Shown here in pieces: positions 39,727-49,457 of a stretch of DNA of 64,000 nt. This stretch comes from a bacterium (GTDB lineage Bacteria; SM23-31). The stretch's first letter is position 1. Every line of letters starts with the position of its first letter. The stretch spans positions 352,001 to 416,000 of the forward strand of contig OZ252239.1 of assembly GCA_965249485.1 (NCBI GenBank), given 5' to 3'. The position numbers and the translations under genes are program-made. The notes under the pieces were generated by a model. It saw only the letters and a list, made by a program, of their open reading frames with translations. It was not told the DNA's origin and searched no databases.

Positions 39727-41790
39727 ATGAATACCGTATACCTTCTACTCTGTTTTCATAACCATCAACCTGTCGGAAACTTCGATCACGTCTTTGAGGC
39801 AAATTACCAAAAAGCGTACCTCCCTTTTCTCGAAACCTATGAGCAGTTTACCGACATAAAAATAAGTCTCCATTATTCAGGACCGCTTTGGGATTGGATT
39901 GCGGACAACCATCCAGAATATATTGAGCGTCTTCAGGCATTGGTCAAGCAGGGCATCATCGAACAGCTGGCCGGTGGATATTACGAGCCAATTCTTTCAA
40001 TGATTCCCGAACACGACAGGCAGGGCCAGATAAAACGTATGAAGAATTTTTTGAAATCGACATTTGATGTCGACGCCCGTTGTTTCTGGTTGACCGAACG
40101 AGTGTGGGAACAGACCATGACGTCATCACTTGCGGCTGCGGGCATGCGCTGCACCATTTTAGACGATTCACACTTTGTCAATGTCGGTCTTTGCGCCGAA
40201 CAATTATCCGGATTTTACATTACTGAAGACCAGGGAAATATGATTACGTTGTTCGGTACAAATGAGCAGATGCGGTACTTAATTCCTTACAAAGAGCCTG
40301 AAGAAATCAGAAATTATCTGGCTGATTTATCGGAACGTACCCCGGGGAGGTTGGTAGTTTATGGCGATGACGGTGAAAAGTTCGGCGGGTGGCCCGGTAC
40401 ATATAAACGGGTCTACTCAGAAAAATGGCTCGCAAATTTTTTTGCCATGCTCAGAGAGAACCATGATTGGATTATACCGGTTACACTGGAACAGGCTCTC
40501 ACCACACTGAAGCCGCTCAGCAAAATATATATACCGGACAGTTCGTACCGGGGGATGATGGAATGGGCGCTCCCTGAGGAAACGGGACGGAAGTACCAGC
40601 ATGTGGTCGATGTGTTGAAACAGCAGATCATCTGGAATGAAGCTTCGGTGTTTATCCGGGGGGGCTTCTGGAGAAACTTTGCTTATAAATATCCCGAAAT
40701 CAATCAGATGTACTCCCGTATGCTCGAAGTGAGCAAGAAGCTGGAGGCCCTTTCCGATGAATGTTCGGAAGTAGCGAGGACTTATCTTTATAAAGCACAG
40801 TGCAATTGCCCATATTGGCATGGTGATTTCGGCGGTGTTTACCTCAATCACCTCCGGTTCGAAACGTACCGGAATATTATCAGGGCTGAACAGGCATCTG
40901 AATCCGGTAAGACATCCAACAATCGGGATGTGATAATCGAAGAAAAGGACTTTGATTTTGACGGTATGGATGAGATTTCGGTTCGGAACCAGTGGTACAA
41001 ACTCTATATTCAACCCCATTCGGGCGGAAGAATTTATGAATGGGACTATCTCCCTGCGAATACAAACCTTCTTGATACGCTCTCCCGCAGACCGGAGACA
41101 TATCATCAGGCTATTCGTGCAGCATCTCCCGAAGAGGAAGTAGACGATGTCGTCAACATACACAATCCGTCAAAGTTTCATGATACCCACCTGAAAGATC
41201 ATCTCATTTATGATCTTTATGAGCGAAAATCGTTTCTGGATCATCTTATAGCAGGAGACATTTCAGCAGAACTGCTCAGAAAAAATAGATGCATCGAACT
41301 CGACTATCTGCCCGAAGCGTCATACTGCGCAGATATCAAAAGTACCAAGGATTCAACCGATATAGTTCTCACATACAAAGGAAACATTGAGTATGAAGAT
41401 ATCAGCACTCCTTATACGCTGGAAAAAATACTCACAATACAATCGGCATCACCCGATTTAGTTTGCAGATACACTATCAGTCATAACGGATCAACACCGC
41501 TACAGTGCAGCTTAGGCTTTGAGTGGAATTTTGCACTTCTTGCGGGCAATGCACCTGACAGGTATTACTTTTATGATAACCGGACAAAAATCGGAAAACT
41601 AGTTTCGGAATTGAAAAAACCGAAGGTGTCCAATTTTGGAATCGTCGATGAATGGCAGAATTTAGCAATTACGTTTCAATTTCAGGAGCCGGTCACCCTT
41701 TTCACATTCCCTATTGAAACCGGGAGAGGTCAAAAAAATTTCATTTACAGTAACATATTCACCGCACATGGAAGGATAACGTATAAATAA
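39727..41790 (+). CDS. GH57 alpha-amylase / 4-alpha-glucanotransferase; C-terminus apparently truncated or replaced
   Basis: HNHQPVGN, YEPIL, WLTERVWE (nucleophile E), GDDGEKFG (acid/base D), SY..MMEWAL, QCNC.YWHG.FGG.YL. After FPIET the sequence departs from the family's usual VS.SE.GFE ending. Confidence 0.9.
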   Translation: MNTVYLLLCFHNHQPVGNFDHVFEANYQKAYLPFLETYEQFTDIKISLHYSGPLWDWIADNHPEYIERLQALVKQGIIEQLAGGYYEPILSMIPEHDRQGQIKRMKNFLKSTFDVDARCFWLTERVWEQTMTSSLAAAGMRCTILDDSHFVNVGLCAEQLSGFYITEDQGNMITLFGTNEQMRYLIPYKEPEEIRNYLADLSERTPGRLVVYGDDGEKFGGWPGTYKRVYSEKWLANFFAMLRENHDWIIPVTLEQALTTLKPLSKIYIPDSSYRGMMEWALPEETGRKYQHVVDVLKQQIIWNEASVFIRGGFWRNFAYKYPEINQMYSRMLEVSKKLEALSDECSEVARTYLYKAQCNCPYWHGDFGGVYLNHLRFETYRNIIRAEQASESGKTSNNRDVIIEEKDFDFDGMDEISVRNQWYKLYIQPHSGGRIYEWDYLPANTNLLDTLSRRPETYHQAIRAASPEEEVDDVVNIHNPSKFHDTHLKDHLIYDLYERKSFLDHLIAGDISAELLRKNRCIELDYLPEASYCADIKSTKDSTDIVLTYKGNIEYEDISTPYTLEKILTIQSASPDLVCRYTISHNGSTPLQCSLGFEWNFALLAGNAPDRYYFYDNRTKIGKLVSELKKPKVSNFGIVDEWQNLAITFQFQEPVTLFTFPIETGRGQKNFIYSNIFTAHGRITYK

Positions 41791-41792
41791 GT

Positions 41793-42419
41793 ATGGCGGC
41801 ACGAATTGTTCCAAGAGCAAAGCTTCATGATATACTCGCCTTTTTAAAAGGTAAGGGTATTACCCTCAATGATGAGAGTATAGACCTTTTGAAAAAGAGG
41901 GTGGAAGAAGAGCCCATCAGCAAACCGACTCTTGATAAAAGCAAAGAGTTGACGCGTAATGCTCTTTTTAAACATGTGCTTGACATGACTTTTGTTAAAC
42001 GGAGTAAGCAAATCCAGAACATTGCCGACAGTAATCCTCTACTTAAACTTATCGACAAGCGGAAAAAAGCGTTAAATCAAGCCGATTCTGATTTGGTTAA
42101 ACCGATGCCTGAGAATCTGCGAAAAGCCTTTCATGAAGAGGAACGGTGGCAGCCTTTCTACCCATTTCTCGGCATACCTCCTTCCGGACAAATTTTAAAA
42201 ATCTTAGAAACCGCATAACAAGATAGACCGTATATTGGATTTCTCCGTATAGATAACGGAATATCAATGCTTTATACAACCCGTAGAAAAGTCGACATCG
42301 AATCTCTTCCAGAGGTAAAATATTACCGGTTGAGAGAAGGTGTATTCCAATATGAGGTAAAAGAAATCAAATCACTTGAAGATGGGTATCTCAAATACAT
42401 ATATTCCTTCCATCCATAA
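41793..42419 (+). pseudogene. Hypothetical protein interrupted by an in-frame TAA
   Basis: The 141-aa ORF stops at TAA 42216-42218, but the same frame continues open for 66 codons (QDRPYIGFLRIDNG...YYRLREGVFQYEVKEI...FHP) to TAA 42417-42419. Confidence 0.65.
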
Positions 42420-42598
42420 AAACAGGGTGAAGATACTGAATCTTGCTTCGTTTTTAGTATTTTGTACAACGATTTACACCATGATCCTACACTGATAGGA
42501 TTAAAACTCTTGACAAAGAAAAAATAATTTCTAAATTTACATTACTTAAATTGGTTTGTTTCGCGGTGGAAAGTACTATATTATTTTTTGTTCATAAT

Positions 42599-42630
42599 AA
42601 AGTGTAACACATTAAAATGTGTTACACTTT
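42599..42630. promoter_or_regulatory. Perfect inverted repeat (15-bp arms) upstream of the HD-domain pseudogene
   Basis: aaagtgtaacacatt-aa-aatgtgttacacttt. Confidence 0.5.
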
Positions 42631-42799
42631 GAATATAATGATTCTTTGAATTGTATTTACGACGTAGTAATCAACATCCTCAAGCTCATCTTCCTACAGA
42701 ATTTGAAGAAATAACTCTGCTACAGATAGACATACTACAATAGTTTGTTTACGCAAAACTGCATTTGAGGAGTAGCATTTACTTAAGGACGGCTCTATT

Positions 42800-44116
42800 T
42801 TGAGTAAAGAAAAGATTTGGGAATTATTTATAATCAATCCCGGAACTTTGAATCTTGAAGATCTTGGATCATTTCTCAAGATTATGAAGTTTAATCCTGA
42901 AGTGAAAAACCTGTTTCCTACCGGTTTTCAACCTGCCGAGCCTATCAACAACAATACCGGCGGTATTCTCTATCCAAAAGATACCGAATTGAATACCGAA
43001 CGTGTTGTCAGACTTCAGCAATTAAAAGAGAATAACCCCGATTATAAATTTGTTATCTCCATAAAAAAAAGTAAGAAGGTTGCTGATTACTTTCGGGGTG
43101 TCATCATAAAAGATTTCACAAAATTACTCGATTCCAAGAAAAACAAGCAGGAGTTCAGGAAATCCATCGGACGGCTGGAGAAATCATTTGAACTCTATCT
43201 TGATGACGTACTAAAAGACGATGAACTCATTTACCTCCTTTTCAGAGGGAGATCTATCGATGAGATACTGAGCGACTCCGGCATACCCCGCTATTTTTAT
43301 CACTCTATTAACGTATCGATTTTTGCGCTTGAAATAGTCCAGAATTCACTGATGTCGACTGGTATCAGATTCGAAAAACCAGACTTGATCAATATTGTCC
43401 AGCTTGGTTTGGTGCACGATATTGGCGGAATAGAAAATATCGGCCAGAATGCCGAACTTGCCCTTGAGAAGTAAAAAGAGTACTTCCTAAAAGATACTTC
43501 ACAAAGTTTCATGGCCGCGAAATCGATGCGGTATGGATAATGATATTGTACAGGCTTTAAAAAAATTCGGAGCTTATCACCAGGGCGAAAAGAAATCATT
43601 AATCAAAATGAGCACATGGATGCAAATTATGCGAATGTGCTCATCACAGCGGACGTAATGGACATTATGGTCTCCGGCCTTTTTGGTGACTCTTTACCCT
43701 TACGGACAGCAACTGACCAAATGTATGTGAAAGTCGGCAACAAGGAACTCCGCAAGGGTTTTGTCGATGCCCTCGCAAAGGGACTGAAGCTGAACGATTT
43801 GTTCGATTTCTATCATGAACTCGAACGGCTCAAGAAATCATGTCTTCTCAAAAAATATGCTCAGCCTTACCCAATGAAAGGATTCAAAAGTCCTGTTCTT
43901 GTACTCTGCAGCGGAAGGCGTAATGACTGCCACGAGTATGCAAAAGATTCAAAAGCAGTTAATTTAGTAAGACCAAGCAGCGGACTTGAACCGGGTGCGT
44001 ATGGTCGGTGAAAATTGCTGTCCAGACAGTTGATGAAGTTTTACGAGTCTCATTACGACGATATTAAAGAAAATATTACTCTCAAAGCGGATGAAGAGAA
44101 AGGGGAATCAAAATAA
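42800..44116 (+). pseudogene. HD-GYP-like HD-domain protein with a Cys-containing C-terminal region, multiply disrupted
   Basis: AEPINNNTGGILYPKDTEL, YHSINVS, GLVHDIG, VLITADVMD. In-frame TAA 43472-43474, apparent frameshifts at about 43525-43600, in-frame TGA 44009-44011 followed by 34 more codons. Confidence 0.75.
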
Positions 44117-44200
44117 GCAATTTGATTCCTTATCATAGTATCTTTAACTCCATCAAATCCCAAGATCCTCTGATATTATAATCCATCCTTTACTTGTATT

Positions 44201-45334
44201 GTGAAAATGAACCTGTCGGATTATCGAAAAGAATTCCCTATTTTTTCTCATTCAATTTACCTTAACTCATGTTCTCTCGGAGCACTTTCAGTCCGTTCCC
44301 GGGAGTATGTAAACAAATTTCTGAAACAGTGGGATAGTTATGGCGCATCGGCATGGTATTCGACTTGGATAAACGAGCTTGAGACTGTCCGGACAATGAT
44401 CGCCCACCTCCTGAATGCCGATTATCGAGAAATCGCACTCGGCCACAGCATTTCGACACTGCTCGGTACGATTGCATCATGTATTGATTTTACAGACCGG
44501 AAGCGTGTTGTGGTAAGTGAACTCGACTTTCCGACTACGAACTACCAGTGGTTAGCGAGGAAGCATCAGGGTGTCGAGACGGAGATTATCCATTCATCCG
44601 ATGGAATTCAGATTCCTAAGGAGTGTTTCGAACAGGCTCTGAACGGACAAACAGCGCTCGTTTCGACTTCGCATGTCTTTTACCGAACAGGACACATTCA
44701 GGATATTGCATCAATACAGAATATTTCCAGCAGTAAAAGGACACTTTGTTTAATCGATGCCTACCAATCGACGGGACAGGTACCCGTTGATGTTAAGAGT
44801 ATGAGCATTGATATGCTGGTTTCGGGCGGCCTTAAATGGCTATTGGGGGGACCGGGAATTGCGTTTCTCTTTGTACGACAAGAGCTTATCGACACTCTTG
44901 AGCCAGCGGCAGCAGGCTGGTTCGGCTCAAAGAATCAATTTGAATTTGCCTCCGACCGGATCGACTTTCACGATTCCGCACTTCGGTTTGAAACCGGAAC
45001 TCCGTCAATGGCATCGGTCTATGCGCTCAAAGGAGGGCTTGAAATGATTTTAGAGATCGGTGTCGATACTATCCGCAAAGCAACACAGAATCTGACGGAA
45101 GAACTTGTCGACATGCTGAAACGAGCCGGATTCAACCTCAACATTTCGCCTCATGCAAATGAGCGCTCAGCCATCGTGATGATTGAATATGAAAATGCCG
45201 GAAATGCAGTAGCTGCGCTCAAGGACCAGAATATCATTGTCGACTATCGTCACAACCATATCCGTGTATCTCCCTATTTTTATAACACACCGGACGACCT
45301 TAATGCATTTGTGAATGCGTTAACGGCATTATAA
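44201..45334 (+). CDS. Class V PLP aminotransferase (kynureninase / C-S lyase-like)
   Basis: YLNSCSLG, DFPT, SHVFYRTG, IDAYQS.G, GGLKWLLGGPG, RFETGTP, RVSPYFYN. Confidence 0.88.
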   Translation: MKMNLSDYRKEFPIFSHSIYLNSCSLGALSVRSREYVNKFLKQWDSYGASAWYSTWINELETVRTMIAHLLNADYREIALGHSISTLLGTIASCIDFTDRKRVVVSELDFPTTNYQWLARKHQGVETEIIHSSDGIQIPKECFEQALNGQTALVSTSHVFYRTGHIQDIASIQNISSSKRTLCLIDAYQSTGQVPVDVKSMSIDMLVSGGLKWLLGGPGIAFLFVRQELIDTLEPAAAGWFGSKNQFEFASDRIDFHDSALRFETGTPSMASVYALKGGLEMILEIGVDTIRKATQNLTEELVDMLKRAGFNLNISPHANERSAIVMIEYENAGNAVAALKDQNIIVDYRHNHIRVSPYFYNTPDDLNAFVNALTAL

Positions 45335-45398
45335 GAGTATTAATACTTAATTAGAATAGCACTGTGATGATTTTCTGAAGAACAATAATGTGTATTTT

Positions 45399-46319
45399 TT
45401 ACGGAGATTCACTCTTTTTAAGCAGATTTTTTTCCACCATCCACTTTGCCATTACGGTCGTCATTTCATTAATGAGATCTTTACGGTCAGGATAGGGATG
45501 TGATGATTTAAACCAGATAAGGTCTTTTGGTTCCTGTGCCTTGTCATAAAGAGCCTGCGCACATTCCTTAGGAAAACGCTCGTCCTCCAGACCACCAAGC
45601 ACTAACAAAGGCCGCGGTGCAATATGTCTTACATAGTGGAGTGGCTCAAACGGGTAGGCAATCAATTTTGTAGTAATGCCAATGAATTGGTTGATGAGTG
45701 GAATCTGAAACGGAAGATTGGTGGCAATCAGTTTTTCTATTTTACCGCCCCCATAAAGTGATGCGACCGATTTTAGTCTGCTATCGCACGCTGCGGCGGC
45801 CATACCGAAGAACGATCCAAAGCTAACGCCGGTGAGATGAATCCTGTCTGCATCAACTTCCTCCCGGGTGGAAAGCAACTCGATTAAATCCAGAATTCCG
45901 AATACACTATTGAAGAGAGCCTGTCTGATTTTTCTAAGAGCACCGAGAAGTTGCCACCATTTGAGTCGTTTTTCTCCTTCATAGGGGTAATCAACGGTTG
46001 CAACGATGAGCGGTTCCACTTCCGGTCGTTCTTCAACCAGCTCAATGGTATCTTTTCCGGTGAACAATCCGGAGATAAGCAAGACTACCGGTACTTTTCC
46101 CTCCCGTTTCATGGGAATCTTCAGATATCCTTTAAAGGTGTAACCCTGCGGTGACCGGATCGCAAAATGTTCGATGCAGTAATCATCGTCCTGAGAAACG
46201 ATATCCGTCTCTATTTCATTCTGTGCTGCGGATGTATGGCAGAAAAGCCTGCGGTTATCCCTCAAGAGATACCAGAGAAACCAAGCAATAAGACAACTTA
46301 TAAGGAAATAAATAATCAT
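45399..46319 (-). CDS. Membrane-anchored alpha/beta hydrolase
   Basis: N-terminal TM; nucleophile elbow GVSFG, GLEDE.FP, KSSH. Confidence 0.85.
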   Translation of the reverse strand: MIIYFLISCLIAWFLWYLLRDNRRLFCHTSAAQNEIETDIVSQDDDYCIEHFAIRSPQGYTFKGYLKIPMKREGKVPVVLLISGLFTGKDTIELVEERPEVEPLIVATVDYPYEGEKRLKWWQLLGALRKIRQALFNSVFGILDLIELLSTREEVDADRIHLTGVSFGSFFGMAAAACDSRLKSVASLYGGGKIEKLIATNLPFQIPLINQFIGITTKLIAYPFEPLHYVRHIAPRPLLVLGGLEDERFPKECAQALYDKAQEPKDLIWFKSSHPYPDRKDLINEMTTVMAKWMVEKNLLKKSESP

Positions 46320-46384
46320 TAGGAATGTTATATAGCTGATGTGTAATACGAATTACGTTGTGTTGGTTAATTCCTGCACCGCGT

Positions 46385-47167
46385 TCACGTCTTCTTCTTT
46401 ACATGGACTTCCATTTCACCCATGTAACCTTTGCTCTGGTGAAATGACATAATTTCGAATCCTATTTTCTCAAGAAGGAGTTTCAGTGTATTCCTATCAA
46501 AAAGATATAAATGCTCTTCCGGTTTGTCGTACTTCCATTTGTCTCCCTGAATTGAGAGCCACGCAGAACTCATATCGGGTGTGTTGATAAGCAGAAACCC
46601 GTCGTCTTTGAGTACACGATGGATATCGGTCATGTCTTTAACCGGATCGTGAAAGTGTTCAATGATATCAATCATCGTTATAGCATCAAAATATTTATCT
46701 TCGAAAGGGGGATCGATGTCACCAAGCCGCTCATTGAATATCGTGACACTATCGAATTCTTTTTGAACAAGTTTTGTTTTCCACGAAACAATCTCGATCC
46801 CGTATGCATCCCAACCCCAGGCGGCAGCATTTGCAAGAAGGAACCCACGATTACATCCGATATCGAGTATTTTCCCCTCTTGTTTATACTTCGCAACCTC
46901 ATACATGAGCGTTTCGCCGCGTTTGAGCCGAATATCGATGTTTTTCAGATTGGCAAGCTTCCGGCGGCTGTAGGTCTTCTGCTTGAACCAGGTCCGCAAG
47001 TTCCCTTTTTCGTATGCATGTTGGACCGCATTCTCTTTTGATCGGGGATTGACATAAATGAGACCGCAATTTTGGCATTTCACATAGTTCCAGGGAGGAA
47101 CAGAACAGACCGTTTCTGTTGCGTCGTCATCACATATTGCGCATCGAACTGTCTCAAGATTGTCCAT
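46385..47167 (-). CDS. Class I SAM-dependent methyltransferase with an N-terminal CxxC...CxxC
   Basis: CAIC...CQNCG, ILDIGCNRG, FDAITMIDIIEH, LKDDG...TP, EHLYLF. Likely ATG at 47167. Confidence 0.88.
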   Translation of the reverse strand: MDNLETVRCAICDDDATETVCSVPPWNYVKCQNCGLIYVNPRSKENAVQHAYEKGNLRTWFKQKTYSRRKLANLKNIDIRLKRGETLMYEVAKYKQEGKILDIGCNRGFLLANAAAWGWDAYGIEIVSWKTKLVQKEFDSVTIFNERLGDIDPPFEDKYFDAITMIDIIEHFHDPVKDMTDIHRVLKDDGFLLINTPDMSSAWLSIQGDKWKYDKPEEHLYLFDRNTLKLLLEKIGFEIMSFHQSKGYMGEMEVHVKKKT

Positions 47168-47432
47168 TAAATTTCCAAATCGTGTTTGAGATTCCGCCAA
47201 AAACAAAAGATGTAATATACTATGCCAACTCAACAAAAGTCAATTATATTCTCTTGACTTGATGGTAAATGCCCGAGATGCATTGACCTGTCACTCGCAC
47301 ATTAAAGAGATTTGTATTGATTCATCATCCATTTGTTAATACATTGTGTGCGCTTACCGGAATACCGGTTTTTACAACTTCAGACTATACATTACAATCT
47401 TCGAATTCAATGCTCATATTGTGAGGTTCTTT

Positions 47433-49445
47433 ATGAAAATCCCGAATATATTGTACACATTATTACTTATAAGTGCTGTTATTATTGCATCATGTGGAGG
47501 TGAAACGGAAATGGATGAAGCAAGAACATCTGCGCTGGAACAAGTCGGATCAACAATGATTGTGCAGGTCTATGCTGACGGCTTTGATGAGCTGACGCTC
47601 CCTGAAAAATTGACAGCTTACTATCTCTATCGTGCTGCTGTTGCGGGTAGGGATATAAACTTTGACCAGCATCATAAAAATGCGCTTGAAATACGGACGC
47701 TTCTCGAAGAAGTTATCACTCATTCTGACGGCATTGAACAGGCGGTTTATGAGAACATCCTTACATACACGAAACTCTTCTGGGTCGATAACGGAATGTA
47801 TAACGACCGTACGAGAGAGAAGTTTATTCCGGATTTTACGTTCGAAGAATTTACACAGGCGGCGATAACTGCTCAGGAAAATGGCGCTGAATTTCAGACT
47901 CGATCGGATGAGACGCTTAAAGACGCATTAAACCGCCTGCAAAAAACCATGTTTGATCCTGAATTTGAGCCGCTACTCGCGAACAAAAGCCCGAATGCGG
48001 GCGAAGATATTCTACTGTCGAGCGCCAACAACCTATATGAAGGCGTCACGACAGAAGAAGCGAAAGCACATCAGAATAAAGCGATCCATCCACTGAACTC
48101 AAAATTGGTTAAGCAAAACGGCCGCTTAATTGAGCAGGTCTACCGCGCGGGAACAGAGGATATCGAACCGGGACTTTATGCACACGAGTTGACAAACATC
48201 AGTAATGAATTTAAAAATGCCCACAAATACACAACCGAAGCCCAGCAGAAAACAATTTCGGAACTCATCACATTCTTTGAAACGGGTGATCTGGACGATT
48301 TCAGAAATTATAATATTGCATGGCTTCAGGATGATCCAAGTGTCGATTTTATCAATGGTTTTATCGAGGTGTATCTCGATGCACTCGGCCAGAAGGGCGA
48401 ATATGAGGGCGGCGTATTTTATGTCGATAAAAAGACAACCCAGCTAATGAAAAATATTGCGTCCAGTGCTCAATATTTTGAAGAGCGGATGCCGTGGGAT
48501 GATCAATATAAGCAGAACAAGCCAAATATTCCGGTCGCAAACTCGATCAATCTTGTTGGCGGTACGGGCGGTCTCGGACCGATGTCACCTATCGGAATCA
48601 ACCTGCCGAATGCACAGGATTTGCGGGAGGAGTATGGAAGTAAGAGTGTGCTGTTGAGCAATTTGACATCCGCTGTCCGGGAAGCGGTCGGGCCTACCGG
48701 TGTCAACGAATTTGCCCTGCCAGAAGAGCGTGAGGGAGCGATTGCCTACAGTGCAGCGTACGGTGAAGCAGAAGTAGCGCTGCATGAAGTGATCGGTCAC
48801 GGTTCGGGGAAAGTGAATCCCGACCTCCCCGACGACCCGGCAACAATGCTGAAGGATTACTACTCCGCAATGGAAGAGGCACGGGCAGAACTCATTGCAC
48901 TTTATCACTTGTTTGATCCGAAACTTGTTGAAATGGGGATTCTCCCGAACAAGGAAGCTGCCGAGGCGGCATACCGAGGGTATGCCCGGGCAGACATCCT
49001 CCAGCTCAGAAGGGTTACTACACGCGACGTCATCACCGATGACCACATGAAAGCAACACACCTTATCGTCCAGTATCTGATGCACAAAACCGGTGTGATC
49101 GATAAGATACAGGCTGATGGAAAATCATATTATAAAGTTACCGATATCGACGGGATGCGTGATGGAATTGCCGATCTGCTGTCACAGCTTATGCGGATAA
49201 AAGGCGAGGGCGATTATGATGCACTCAAGGAGCTTATCGATATGTACGGAACAAAGATCGATACTGAACTGCGGGACGAAGTGATCCGCCGGTGTGATGC
49301 AATCAACTATCCGTCATTTTATGCGTTTAACTTTCCGATCCTTGAACCGGTTACCTATAATGATGACATCGTCGATATAAAGGTTGTCATCCCTGAGAGT
49401 TTTACCGAACTTCAGTTAACGTTTTCGGAAATGTTTAAGAAGTAA
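47433..49445 (+). CDS. M49 family dipeptidyl-peptidase III-like lipoprotein
   Basis: Lipobox IASC; GFIEVY.D..G.KGEYE, PIGINLPN, HEVIGHGSG (HExxGH), EEARAE. Confidence 0.92.
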   Translation: MKIPNILYTLLLISAVIIASCGGETEMDEARTSALEQVGSTMIVQVYADGFDELTLPEKLTAYYLYRAAVAGRDINFDQHHKNALEIRTLLEEVITHSDGIEQAVYENILTYTKLFWVDNGMYNDRTREKFIPDFTFEEFTQAAITAQENGAEFQTRSDETLKDALNRLQKTMFDPEFEPLLANKSPNAGEDILLSSANNLYEGVTTEEAKAHQNKAIHPLNSKLVKQNGRLIEQVYRAGTEDIEPGLYAHELTNISNEFKNAHKYTTEAQQKTISELITFFETGDLDDFRNYNIAWLQDDPSVDFINGFIEVYLDALGQKGEYEGGVFYVDKKTTQLMKNIASSAQYFEERMPWDDQYKQNKPNIPVANSINLVGGTGGLGPMSPIGINLPNAQDLREEYGSKSVLLSNLTSAVREAVGPTGVNEFALPEEREGAIAYSAAYGEAEVALHEVIGHGSGKVNPDLPDDPATMLKDYYSAMEEARAELIALYHLFDPKLVEMGILPNKEAAEAAYRGYARADILQLRRVTTRDVITDDHMKATHLIVQYLMHKTGVIDKIQADGKSYYKVTDIDGMRDGIADLLSQLMRIKGEGDYDALKELIDMYGTKIDTELRDEVIRRCDAINYPSFYAFNFPILEPVTYNDDIVDIKVVIPESFTELQLTFSEMFKK

Positions 49446-49457
49446 ACATATAGAATA

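Noticed and set aside
42707..42799. Extra in-frame TAG (about 42773) upstream of the HD-domain gene as another lesion
   Set aside because: TTG 42800 has an AAGGA SD-like sequence and gives a plausible N-terminus, so the upstream codons are probably non-coding.
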